Origin: Ruditapes philippinarum
Taxonomy: Eukaryota
Direction: 5' to 3'
Length of the DNA stretch: 64,000 bases
Assembly: GCF_026571515.1 (NCBI RefSeq)
Contig: NW_026866144.1
Location: 1-64,000 of the forward strand
In this document: positions 24,601-37,578 of the stretch, one piece after another
Numbering within the stretch: position 1 is the first letter of the stretch
Layout of the letters: the number at the start of each line of letters is the position of its first letter
Position numbers and translations under genes: made by a program
The notes under the pieces: generated by a model
Database searches by the model: none
Told to the model about the DNA's origin: nothing
Seen by the model: the letters and a program-made list of their open reading frames with translations, nothing else

Positions 24601-27600
24601 ACAAGTCGAGATTGTCTATAAACACAGGACAAATCGGCATTGTGATTGATTGCTCAAACAATAACTCTTATTTAAGTTTTAAGACATTGCCAATGACGTA
24701 AATATCCAATTTTAACAACACAGTCCTGTCATGCTTTAAGAAAGCACAATTTGCAGTGCATTGTCATGAGAGCACGGGTGCTTAGGCAACATGATCTTGC
24801 ACTTTGGAACAACCACAGGGGCACCTGTAGACCGAATGCTAAAGTATACAGCTTACATTGGTTAAAAATGCCAACTCATGAAATGTTGATGCAAGGTGGT
24901 TTACATGATTAACAACAGGTTGATAGAAATACTTACTGAAGAGTGGGTCTATCTCATAAGGTATAATTTTCTCTAACCATATCTGCTCTGCAGCAGAATT
25001 TCTGATCTGAAATTAAAAAAATTTAAAACATTTTAAACATTCTCATTTAAATACAAATAAAAGCAAGTGAATTCTACTTTTTAAATTAAAATTGGTTTTT
25101 GTATTTTGAATTTGATTAGAATTTTATTGTATTTATCTCTAATGCAGTATAATTTTGACACGTACTATTACTCAATCACGTTATATAAGAAAAATACTTA
25201 ATGACCAAAAATAAGATGAGAATGAGGAGCATTGAATCTTTTAAAACATACACAATTTCAAAAGTTTTGAAAAGTATTGAAATAGAGAAAAACAATCCCT
25301 AAAGAAAGCTCAAAACGAAATGAAATGAAACTGTTGCAGACTCGGTGGGGTGGACAGTATTGGAAAAAGCAAGTTACCGTCCACAACTCCTAGCATCGGC
25401 TTAAGCAGAATTCAACATTTAAACACGAAAAAAGGTGGACATTGAATTTAGAAACATCCGTAGATGTGCTCCTAAGAGGTTATCAGACTTCACTATGAAC
25501 TGAAAGCTTTACTTGACTTTTTTTAAGTTTTAAGTTCAAGTCTATCAACACATTAGTAAAGTCTGGTGACGCTCTATACTGTTGGTAGCTCAAGGTCCGA
25601 ATGTTTGATATGATCTACCCTGATAAATTAGATTAATACTTTCGTTTATGAGTTAATAAATGGTATGCTGGGCTATTTTGTATGTTTGATCATTTGTAAG
25701 ACAGTTTTACCTGGAGAGAATTTGTCAACGGTTTACTTAGGGACTCTTGATTTGTAGTTGTATCCTGAAACGAAAATGTAAAATTACATTAAAATGTACT
25801 TTGTCTGCTAGTATCATTTTATATGAAGTTCCGTAAAAAAAGACAACTTAATTATTATTCTAAGCAGAAAGCAGAATATTAACGTAGCTATATTAACGAA
25901 ATCATCGATACAACTAATGAAAAACTAGAACTGTGTTCAAAGGACACGGATGCCCCCACCGACAACATATTTATGATATATAGTGAAAAATTCAACAAAC
26001 GGCCATAATTCTGTTAAATTTGGTCGCAGCAAAAATTCCTTCCTTTACTTCCTTTTACACATTAAGGTTGTTTATCCCTGGAAGTTTAAGCAAATTCTGC
26101 CGTCCGGTTTAAAAGGAGTTGCGTTAACAAAATTTTTATATGGTATATAGTGAAACAATCAACAAAGGGCAATAATTCTGTTAAATTTGGTCGCAGCGAA
26201 AATTCCTTCCTTAACTGCCATCTACACATTAAAGTTGTTCATCCCTGGAAGTTTAAGCAAAATCTGCCGTCCGGTTTAAGAGGAGTTGCGTTCACAAGAT
26301 TTCGGGACATAAACGGACAAGTGCAACGCTATATGCACCCCACTTTGTGGGGGCATAAAAAGTAGAAAGAGACGTAAAAGACTATTCTTCCTTTCACTAC
26401 TGTTGTAAAAGGCGAAACATCAATTGTCTAACGGTTGAGCAGCACATTATATGTATGGAAATATTTTCTCTATTGCTTACCTTTCGTGAACTGTCTGGCG
26501 GGGGAGCACCGTGCCATATACGAATATCACCCTCTATAAGATATCCTTTACTCAACTCCACACCTGTTTGAAAATGTTTAATATAGTGAACAAGTCATGT
26601 AAATAATATCAGCAATTATAAAAATCAGGGTGGTCGGTTGAGAGATGATATACATTGTGGTTAAAAAGATTGAAATTTTGGGAAAAATAGGGAAAATATT
26701 AAAAATTAAATGTTTTCAAATTTTGTTAAGCTTTAAAGTCAATTGACTTTTGGCACTTTAACCCCTTTTTCATTGCCCTGTTATTTGACGCAAGGGGGTT
26801 GGGAAGAAACATCTTACTCAGTGGCCCCCCCGCAGCATGTCAAATCCCAATATTCTTTCGGAAAAAAACCCGTTTTAAAGACCTGCTTGAAATAGGGATG
26901 TATAAAAAAGATGAAAACGATTTAAAATTTTTTTTAAATTACATATTTCCCAAATTTTATTCACTCCTATGTTTTTTTAAAGGTCGGGGTTTAAAATGCA
27001 GGTTTTGGGTATATTCACGGGGGAAAGGAAAGGGTTAAAAAATAAGTAGCATGTGTCAAAATGATTTTTTTCTTCTTCATAAATTGAATAAAACGAAAGT
27101 AAATTTCTGCTGCAATTAGAACATCTCGTTTATCATCAATAATAACCTCAGACGTGTTACGTATTGAAAGCAGTTCTACCATGTGGTTTTAGATGTAAAC
27201 AAAAAACAAAGGGTGTAATCTTTGATAATGTATACGAATGTATATATTTAACATCCAAAGGAAAATAAATTCTTTTTCTGTAAAATTATGATTAAACATA
27301 TGTCTGGCAATCATAATCAATTTAAAGATGCCCACGGATGTACAATTATAACCAACTCTGAATAAATGTCAACAGGTAGAACATTGTATTTAACCATAAT
27401 AACATGTATGCACATGTATATAAATAATGTATTGTTTACTGTTATATCTGTCAATTTACTTAATTGTGTGCCCTAAACGAGTAAACAATCGGCGGAACTG
27501 AGGCTGACGGCAAGGGCAAAAAGGTTTCTGCTATTGTTTCTACTATTTAAAGTATCTACATTTCACTAAAACAGTTTTTGTTGTTGTTGCTGTTGTTGTT

Positions 27601-27842
27601 GTTGTTGCTGCTGCTGCTGTTGGTTTCATATATGGCTAAAACGTTAAAGAAAACAATATGTAAAATAACTTTTCTACCATACTTAATGTTGACTTTAACT
27701 TTCATGTACTCACCGTAACTACAGGCATAAAACGAGGGTCAAATTCTTCTTTGCTTCGTGCAGGATATGCCTCTGTAGAGGGCGCCACAAATAATACCAA
27801 CAGTGACGTCAGACAGAGAATGCGCATTGCCCTTCCAGTCAT
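21677..27842 (-). CDS. Secreted astacin-family (M12A) zinc metalloprotease (astacin-2) with low-complexity C-terminal tail
   Basis: Exons: 27842-27714 (signal peptide MTGRAMRILCLTSLLVLFVAPSTEA), candidate 26882-26818, 26563-26481 (pro-motif IEGDI), 25764-25711, 25006-24937 (IR/NSAAEQIWLEKIIPYEID), 24065-23939 (RCIQFIPR), 23143-22962 (HELLHALGLWHEHTRTDRD), 22215-21677 (YDYYSIMHY...GQR...LYQC plus ~105 aa tail). There is one unresolved phase mismatch near 26.8 kb. Confidence 0.9.
24395..24645. repeat. Degenerate ~26-30 bp minisatellite (acattgtgaagacatacaa..acaagtcg)
   Basis: About 8-9 diverged units in an astacin-2 intron. Confidence 0.75.
25295..25486 (-). repeat. Dispersed hairpin-rich repeat family, copy 4 (astacin-2 intron)
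   Basis: High similarity to 9790-9992 in the same orientation. Confidence 0.8.
25922..26361 (+). mobile_element. Helentron/HINE-like non-autonomous element with two ~167 bp internal units
   Basis: Starts aaactagaactgtgt; the unit tatatagtgaaa..ataattctgttaaatttggtcgcagc is duplicated; 3' hairpin tgcaccccactttgtgggggca followed by taaaaa. Confidence 0.7.
27140..27380 (+). repeat. Dispersed repeat also present at ~46670-46882
   Basis: Shared ataacctc..attgaaag.agttctacca.gtggttt.agatgtaaaca..gaatgtatatattt.acatc..atgcccac.gatgt..aaatgtcaacaggt. Confidence 0.7.
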
Positions 27843-28370
27843 TTTTTACTCAGTCTGTATATATACAAAAAGAAATTAGATATAAAATTGTTTCTTGTTG
27901 GTTGTTATCTATTAAAGACATTTGCATTTCCTAACGCTACCTTTGTTCTTATTCCTACGAAAAGATACCGTAGTCATTATGATATATCATTTTCATAAAA
28001 TGATTTAACTTGTCAACATTGCTCCTTGACGCACGTGTACATATTCATGACAAGAAACTTGATATGTTTTACTATTATCATGATTATTACGATGTATAAT
28101 CATAATGATACTTCATATTGCTATTATTGTTATTATTAACATCATTGTTAATGTAATTCAAAAAATTTTATTAACAAATTTCGAGGGTACCATCATTATC
28201 CTGAACGAGGAGTTGTATGTACTATGATTGTGATAGAAAGATCTTATTTATTTCTGGTTACAGAAATGGAGCATCAACAAATAGTGATGGAAATATTCGG
28301 TTATTATCCACGAATATTCGGTTACCATCCACGAATATCAATAGCTCCATGTCTGCAGAATTAGTATTAT

Positions 28371-30510
28371 CACGCCCGTTTAACTCACAACGAGTGAAAA
28401 ATGTCCATCGGTAAAAATGTTGTGAGCAACTTCCGTTCCTCGTTGTGAGCACCCATCTATGACGTGTGACACGATAAACAAGGTGAGTTTTTCATAATTT
28501 TTGAAGATTACAGAAATTTAATTAAAAATATCGGAATGCAGTTAGCTAGCGATGTGTTTTCCGAGTATGCACAAGTAAAGATATTGCCTGTTGGTGGACA
28601 ATTTGATTGAAATACCGTGCGACGCAGTCACTCGGGGTGGCTGGAAAACTGGAGACAACTTCTCTTTGGACCTAATTTAACATTGAAAACGTCGATTCTG
28701 GTGACGTTTTGTGCATTCTAACCTAAAACAGATGCCCACAAGTCTTCAGCGTAAATTATTATCTGAAAGTCTTCATAGAAACGAAGATATACCCTTTTTT
28801 GCTTTAATCCTTGTTGTGAGCACCATAACCTCGTTGTGAGCAAGACAAAGCGCAGTGCGTATATTGGTTTTAAATGTGTAATTCAGATGGTGAAAATATA
28901 ATTTTCAATCTACCAAAGCAAATTAAAAACGTTTTTGCACAGCAGCATTTCTTTGCAAGACGTTGTGCATACTCCAAAATGGAGGCATATTAGTTTTGGG
29001 AACTGTCCGTCTGTCAGTCCGTCAATCCCGTCCGAAAACTTTAACATTGGGCATAACTTCCTTATTAGTAAACGGATTTGATTCATATTTGAACACAACA
29101 TCCCTTAGCACAAGAACCTTTTCCTACGGACCTGTTTTTATTTACCTTGACCCTGAAAGGCATTTACCTTGAAGCTCAAATTGTCCTAAAACATTTAAGA
29201 TTGGCCATAATGTCTGGCATAATGTTTAGGCACAACACCTCTTTGGACAAGGCCTTCCAACTATCCTATATTCTTTTGACCTTGACCCCTGAATGACCTT
29301 CACCTTGAAAGTCAAATTGTCCAAAAACTTTAAAATTGGTCATAACTTCCTTATTAGTATACGGATTATACTCATATTTTGACACAACAACCCTTTTAGG
29401 CAAGACCTTCAAACTGATTTGTATTTATTTTTACCTTGTACCCTGAATGACTTCTAGAACATCCAAAAACTTTAACATTGGTCATAACTTCTTTCTTAGT
29501 ATGTGGAATTAATTCATATTTGGACACAATGCCCCTTTGGACAAGACCTTCCAAATGACCTATATTTATTTCACCTTGACCTTGAATGACCTTCACATTA
29601 AAGATCTAATTGTCCAAAAACAAATAATCTATCTGGTCCATAAATCAAAGGACAAAGCACCATTTCGGGCACCGTGACAGTTCTTGTTTTACATACCTTG
29701 GTCAGTCTTCAGCTCAGGATAAACACATGTATGTGTGTATCACACAGATTGTAAATTGTTGAAATATTCATAAACTCCGCGTGATGTTTAGTCGTGCCAC
29801 ACTAGAGTATACGAAATAAAATACCTGATTTACCTCCACTGATTAGTTCTTCTGTTAATCTGATGACTTGTGAATATGAAGAATAATTTTCAAAAAAAAA
29901 GAAGAACGACTGCAAAGAAAAACTATTGTACAAAACGTTTTGATTTCTTTTGGTAGATTGAAAATTGTATTCTCGCCATTTGAATATATATTACATATTA
30001 AAACCAGGCAAGCACTGCGCTTGTCATGCTCACAAACGAGGTTAGGGTGCTCACAACGAGGATTAAGCAAAAAGGGTATATCTTCGTTTCTATGAAGACT
30101 TTCAGATAATAGTTTACGCCTGAAGACTTGTGGGCATTGTTTTTGGTTAAAATGCACAAACCGGTCACCACGAATCGACGTTTTTCAATGTTAAAATTTG
30201 GTCCAACAGAGAAGGGTTGTCTCCAGTTTTGCTCAGCCACCCCGCAGTGACTGCTCGCACGGTATTTAATTTTCAAATTGTCCACGCAACAGGAATATCT
30301 TTACTTGTGCATATCGGAAAAACGCGCTAGCTACTTGCATTCCGATATTTTTACATTAAGTCTGTAATCTTTTAAAAATTATAAAAACTCATCGTTTGTT
30401 TATCGTGTCACACGTCATAGATTGGGGGGTCCAAGAGGGAACGGAAGTTTCTCAACATTATTTAACCGGAATGGACCATTTTTCACTCGTTGTGAGTTTA
30501 AACGGGCGTG
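28371..30510. mobile_element. Foldback-type non-autonomous DNA transposon with ~590 bp inverted arms, CAC...GTG termini and ATTAT flanks
   Basis: 28371-28963 is the reverse complement of ~29904-30510; ATTAT lies at 28366-28370 and 30511-30515; CTCGTTGTGAG motifs are repeated in the arms. Confidence 0.8.
28963..29690 (-). mobile_element. Helentron/HINE-like element nested in the foldback element, ~4 units of ~145 bp
   Basis: Minus strand begins AAAACAAGAACTGTC; repeated aaaactttaacattgg.cataacttc..ccttgacc units; (GTCC/GTCT)n tract; terminal hairpin near 28965-28990. Confidence 0.7.
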
Positions 30511-33500
30511 ATTATGTATTTGCTTACTGTAAATTAAAAAACAATCCCCATTATTAAGAATGAGACATTTTTTTCAACCCAAATTAAGGTTCCCCGTGAA
30601 GGACTGCAAGTTAATTCATACCTGGCTCTAATGAGTTACCGTAACAGGCATATAAATTAAGAACAAATTATTAGTATTTTAAATAAAAGAATGCCTTGAA
30701 TTCTTTTTCAACCTGAACTTGGTTCTCGTCATTTAAATACGTATATTTTTTGTTGTTGTTGTTGTTTTGTTGTTGTTGTTGTTTTTCCAAATTACCGTAT
30801 GTAGATTTATGGCTTGATTCAAGGTATTTCTGGATCATCCCTCATAATTTTAAACTGAGTATATCTTACAGTATTAAGAATGATGATCATGTTTATATTA
30901 CTAGTTTCTTGTTATTCAATGTTTTAAATGGTTATGTGCTATGTGTGATATTACATATGCTTAATTTGAATTGTTAATTGTGTATGTTAAATTAATTGTT
31001 AAAATATTTGACAACAAAGATAATATTTGACAACTTGAAAAAAATAACTACATAATTTTCACTCAGAAAATGATTAATACAAAAAATGTCTTTCTTTACT
31101 AATATTGAACTTTTATTGGCCAATTTAGCCATTTTTTCATTAATTTATACATGTATGTAACTATAAATGTAAAAATACTAATACATTGAGACCGATAATT
31201 GCATATTATTTTCAAAAATTGAGGTTTTAAACATGTACAAGTAGTACAAAATAATAACAGTAATATATTAATTATTGATTTGTTTTCAAGAAGAAAATGA
31301 TCTTACCTTATTATAGTATATTTAAGGAGCGGTAAAGTCGGTCCGTTGACTTATCAGCAAGTTGGAAACATAGTTAAATATAACACTCTAAATCCCGGAT
31401 GTTAAGTAATTTAATATATACATTCCACCAATGGCTAGAGTGCTTAGCGAATCAAAAATTAGGACTACTGTAGGTAAGTTCCTAATTCCTTCTTTTTACA
31501 AGGTTACTTGGCAATTAATCAGTACAAAACAACCAAAAGATAAAAGCTAGTCCCCTTTGTACAGTATCAATCAAGTCGCACACTATTCATGTTTTATGTT
31601 TATATTTCTATTTCTAGCTTATGGATGTTACTTTTTGTAATTATATTTGCTTCGATTGTCCGTTTCCTTGTTTATAAATCACTATAGTAAAGTTTGTTTT
31701 ATTTTTATCCCATTTTTATAAGATGAAGAGCAATGTTAATGTTAATTAGATTAATGATAAATGTGTTACAATTATTCACCTAAACATTGCCGCTATTAAA
31801 CGTGCGTTAACTTTTTAAAAAGCAAATGTTAGAACTTTTTTAAAAAACAATATATTATAATGTGCATAAGATAAGTATTAAACATTTACTCGTAATAAAA
31901 AAAAACCCTTTCATTTAAATTTATTCAATCAATCAATCGGAGTTCGTATTTTATATTTCATATAAATATTTTGAAAGAGAAAATTCATTACAAGCACGTA
32001 CACAGGGTCATTTTATGCTCACATAAAGTGTAATTACAGTTGTTTTTGTTGTTACGTGTATACATCTAATGTAACGATTGGTCAGTTCTCAATGATTTAT
32101 TGTCCTATCCTACGTTAACGCTGTCACAACAAAGTCTACGTTGAAAATATAAAACGTAACTATATATAACTATATTAAATGTCCTATGAATGGTAAATTT
32201 AAAAAAGAATGTAGTTGTAAGTGATAAATGACTTCAGGTTGTAACCAGTTAGTTGCAACAGTAGTCAAACATTTTATTGCAAGCTATTAGTAACCACAAC
32301 ATGGGATGTTTGCTATCAATCAAACATTTATTCCCTGTTTTTATTTATTTCACTGTTTAACAATTAGTTACATCACTATAGTTAAAATGTGTATTTTTAA
32401 AAAAGAAGAAGAAAGGGNNNNNNNNNNNNNNNNNNNNNNNNNNNNNNNNNNNNNNNNNNNNNNNNNNNNNNNNNNNNNNNNNNNNNNNNNNNNNNNNNNN
32501 NNNNNNNNNNNNNNNNNNNNNNNNNNNNNNNNNNNNNNNNNNNNNNNNNNNNNNNCATTACGATACATTTATATCATTCTATCTTTTTTATTTTGTCATT
32601 TTTATTATTTTTCTTAAATTTGTAACAGAGATATTTACGTACAAGTGTAAATAAACACAACGATCTTAGTTCACTGTGTCAAAGCACCGTTTGAACCATA
32701 GTGCATGCAATTATCAGAGGTTTTATTCATGATAAAATATGTGATTAGTTTGTACACAAACATTTCACTAAAACACGGTATGTTATTCTGAACATCAAAT
32801 ATAAACCAGGCTACACTGAACAAAAAAAAACAAACAAAAAACAAAAAACAAAACAAAAAACAAGAAGTATCTTTAAAAAAGATACTCGGCCGAAGTAAAA
32901 CTGGGTAACTTCTTAGTTTTCCATGCAGTCATATATAAATGTTAGCATGACTTGCATAACAATAACATAATAATTTCTTATAGGGTTGTTAATCTTGAAA
33001 ACGGAACACTTTAAGATGTATGTTTCTAAATAAATACATGTGTGTCGTGTTTCGGAAAAGTGAACTCAATTTATAACACCAACATCTTCGCGGTCAGTAA
33101 GGCTGTTATTTTTATAAATACTTTATAAATAATCAAAGATATGAAAAATATATAAACATTTTATCAATTCAACACATTAATAATCATATAATATAAACTG
33201 TTCACTAGAAAATGTAATGAGATCTGAATGGAAGAAGTATTGTTAAACAGAATTTAAATATCTGAACAATTGAACTAGAAAGTGAAAGATCTGTCCTGTA
33301 CATTTTATTTTAGAGCTATCATTTACATTTTATTACATAATAGCAAGAACTATCCTTTACATTTTAGTTAAGAACTATCCTTAACACATTATTTCAAAAT
33401 GGCCAATGAGATTCCAAGATTTCATTTTGTATTTTTAAAATGAGAAATGAAACCTCTTCTTATATTCAGTTCTACCCTATAAATTTTGCTGAAAACAGAC

Positions 33501-35089
33501 AGGCACTCGGCCGGGAAAAAAACTTGCAAACTGCATATTGGTAAATAATTGTCGGTATGTTTTGAAGTTTTATTAATTACACCGATATTAACAGAAACCG
33601 CCATAATATAAATAATTATAATGGTTTATAAAAACAATGAATAAAATCGTTTTCTAATTAGATTCTGAAATGGTTGATTACGACGGTTTATATATTAACT
33701 AGTTTTATATCATTAATAAATAGAACATATCCCAGTTACCTTTAATATAAATGTGTATCATAAATAAACTGATTAAATGTACCATATTGTGTGTTTATGT
33801 TATGTGTTGTTAAAGTCAAAACATAATGTTTATGTGAGAAAAATAAACTAACTAAACAATAATTCAAAATGAATAAGTAGAAAAACATTTTGGTGATTTA
33901 AAAATAGTTTGATTCACAGGTACATTTTTTACAAAATTTAATAATCATTAAAATACTCACTTCCGGTTGCACTTTTTCAGGAAATGATTTTGATAGTACA
34001 CATGAGTTTTTAAAACTTATTTTTGTACAGAACAGCATAGAACATATTTTGTTAGATTTGAGTGTTTATTTATTTATTGTTTTACTTCAATTTGACTTAA
34101 TATCTTATTCTTATTTATTATATATTTCAATCAAATGTATTTATTTTTATTTATCTGTTTTGTATATTCTGATATGAAATGAAAATCATTGTTTTACCTA
34201 CACCTCTTATAATATATATAAGTTTTCTATTTTTCTGACAAAATAAACATAATACCATTCACAATTACACGAATGACAAATAATATACAGTACTTACAAC
34301 AGGCTTGTTTCACAGAATGTTGCTGTTTAAAACAATACTGAAAATGCCTCAATTATAAGCTCTCGTTTTATAAACAAGCTTATGTCATCAAATGGACAGG
34401 GGGCTAGGGTATGGGGTAATTTAAATCACAAACACAAGTGCACCAGGGCTTTTAAATCTTGAATCTCAGAAGAGGGTCTTCTACCAAAAGTTGTACTTAT
34501 TGAACTCCGTGCACCTTTGATATACGATATTATCAAAACTTCCAGCAGAAACTCTCTTCTCCTATCTATCACTTTCATTTAATAAGAAATTTTTGATAAA
34601 ATATTTAATTGAATTTTTTTCTTTGCAGAGGATCCATGCTGAATTTGTTTAAAGGTAAAAACTGTCAAAAACGTGAAAGTACAGTATTTGTGATGTTTAC
34701 CGTACGTAATTAAAGTTGATTTAGATTATATTGTAGGGGTAACAGGGTATAAAACATTCTATCACGGGCCTTAATATCACGATATATATATGACGCGGGA
34801 AAGATAAAATATTTGTTATCAAATTTAAATACGTGTAACATAGTCTTTATTTTTGCTTTAATGAAAGTAAATTGCCAACAGAACGGACATAGACACAAAG
34901 TTCATCTTTCAAGAGTTGTACAAAGCGTTTACATTAAAGGTTTCTAAATAAGTGTTGCAAGTCAACAAAAAAAGGAATTAAAATTAAGCTAGTTGTATGC
35001 ATGTACTCAATATAAACTGTACTTATGATAATCGAATTTACAGGACAAAATGGGATTTTATATGAATTGATTATTATTATAATTATCAT

Positions 35090-35813
35090 TACTACTACTA
35101 CCACTGCTACTGCCACTTCCAATGCCACCGCCATCACCACCACCACTTCCACTACCACCACTACCACCATCACTACCACCACAACCACTATCCCCCCACC
35201 ACTACCAACATCACGACGACTACCACCACCACAACCACCAATAACACTACCATCATTACCACTTCCACCACACCACCACCACCACCACTTCCACCACAAC
35301 TACCACCACATTACCACCACAACCACCACCTCCACAACATATCCACTACTACCACCACTACCACCACACCACCACTTCCACTATCACTACCACCATACCA
35401 CAACCACTACCACCACTACCACTACCACTATCACCACCACTATGACCACCACCACTACCATCACCACCACCACTTACACCACCACCACCACCACCGCACC
35501 ACCACCACTTCCACCACCTCCACCACTACCACTACCACTACCACCACCACTACCAGCACAACTACCATCACCATCACCACCACCACTAACACCACCACTC
35601 CTACCACCACACCACCACCACCGCACCACCACCACTTCCACCACCTCCACCACTACCACTACCACTATCACCACCACTACCACCACAACTACCATCACCA
35701 CCACCACTTACACCACCACCACCACTACTTCCACCACACCACCACCACCGCACCACCACCACTTCCACTACCACCACCACATCTACTACTACTTCTACCA
35801 CTACTACTACAAC
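35090..35813. repeat. ~720 bp imperfect (CAC/TAC)n trinucleotide microsatellite
   Basis: Direct reading; it produces poly-T/P/H and poly-V/G pseudo-ORFs. Confidence 0.95.
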
Positions 35814-37504
35814 TGATAATAATAATGAGTGTTGTTTTTATTGTTGTTGTTGTTATGGATGAGATGAGATGATCGTCATCATCATTACACATCCTAAATG
35901 GTTTATTTGAATTAGAGATGTAAGCATATGTTTAAAGTGCATGACATTAATTTTCCTATGATAAATATTTAACATAAAAGTCTTGTTATTACTCTATATA
36001 TTTAGATCTATATTTAAAGAAAGGAACTTTAAGATTGTTTTATCATTCCCACCACATCCTTTTTTAAATCATAATACGTCTATAGTATACATGTATGTAC
36101 ATTTTGGGAATGAACTTAATATTTTGCATGTTGAGAAAGACAATATGTCTGCTGTTATCAAAAAAAATAAAATTTAGAGGTCGAAAATTCTGTTGAAATA
36201 AATCCACATTCATATTCAGGCACATATCTCTAAGTATGTAAATAAAATCATACCACTGTTACAATAATATTTAATGTTAGTTTATTCTGTAAGTGTCCCA
36301 AAATATATCTTATCTTGATGTACAAAACAACAACAAAAGAAAAAAAAAAACATTTTGTAAAACCCTACTTTTAAAGAAATGTAACTCTTCTATATGAGAT
36401 CAAGATTGTTGTAACGTAATTCCCTCCCTTTGTGAAACAGAACACAAAATTAACCCCTGTATTCGATACAGTACTATAAATGAAGTAAATTGTAATTTAT
36501 TTATAGTGATATTTCATAGAAGTTTATAATATTTTTTATAGAAAACCACGAAATATAGAAATTTTACAAATGTATTTTAATCAATGAAAAGTTTTCCGAC
36601 ATTCTATGCGTTTCGCGCATGCGCAACACTCCTTCGAAATTACGTCAGAACATTTTACTGCTTCAGTGAACAAAGCTACATGCTTTACTTTATTAATCAG
36701 TTTCTTTTGTTTTATACATAACTTTATAAAATATTAAACATAAAAAAAACATAAAACAACTAAAGTACTAAGAAAAGTTTGATTTACACTTTTTGCGAAA
36801 ATGTTACCGTATATATTCCAATAGTTTTTATTCCAAGCAAATGTTAACTTAGCAACACGTGGTAATGATAACACTATGCTTTCTAAGGTACTTTTATAGA
36901 TAAATATTGTCTATCATTCTCAATAACACGATGTGTTGGATCACGTTAAAACATTTATTTATTAAACGTTATGAAAATCATGAAAAAAAATCGTGGGCGT
37001 TTGTCATGAAATTATTATTCTAGCGAGTAACAGACAATTTTGTGGCTACCTAATGACAGTTTTGATCCATTTTGTTGGGCGAGCAAAAGTAATAAGACAA
37101 AATCAATTACTAATAAGTCTCCTCTCGGCAATTTTCTTAGCAAAGCAAAACTGTTTTTAGAAAATATAAATAAAATGTATCTGGTTTTAGGTTCTCATAT
37201 ATATTTTATTGGTTTTGTATGTAGTTTCATACACCATGATTATTTATACTATTGTAAACTGACTAGAAATAAAAGTGGTNNNNNNNNNNNNNNNNNNNNN
37301 NNNNNNNNNNNNNNNNNNNNNNNNNNNNNNNNNNNNNNNNNNNNNNNNNNNNNNNNNNNNNNNNNNNNNNNNNNNNNNNNNNNNNNNNNNNNNNNNNNNN
37401 NNNNNNNNNNNNNNNNNNNNNNNNNNNNNNTTTATGTACTTCATTATTCATCTACAATTTATAATTATTTATTTATACAATCGATATATATTAAAAGTAT
37501 TGTA

Positions 37505-37577
<73 letters not shown>

Positions 37578-37578
37578 G
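37505..37578. repeat. Perfect (TAT)n microsatellite
   Basis: Direct reading, ~24 units. Confidence 0.95.

Noticed and set aside
24395-24645. CRISPR-like periodic array
   Set aside because: Degenerate head-to-tail minisatellite without unique spacers, in a eukaryotic intron, with no cas genes.
34934-35816. 263 aa Thr/Pro/His-rich ORF and antisense Val/Gly ORFs
   Set aside because: Products of a (CAC)n microsatellite; no signal peptide, domain or supporting exons.
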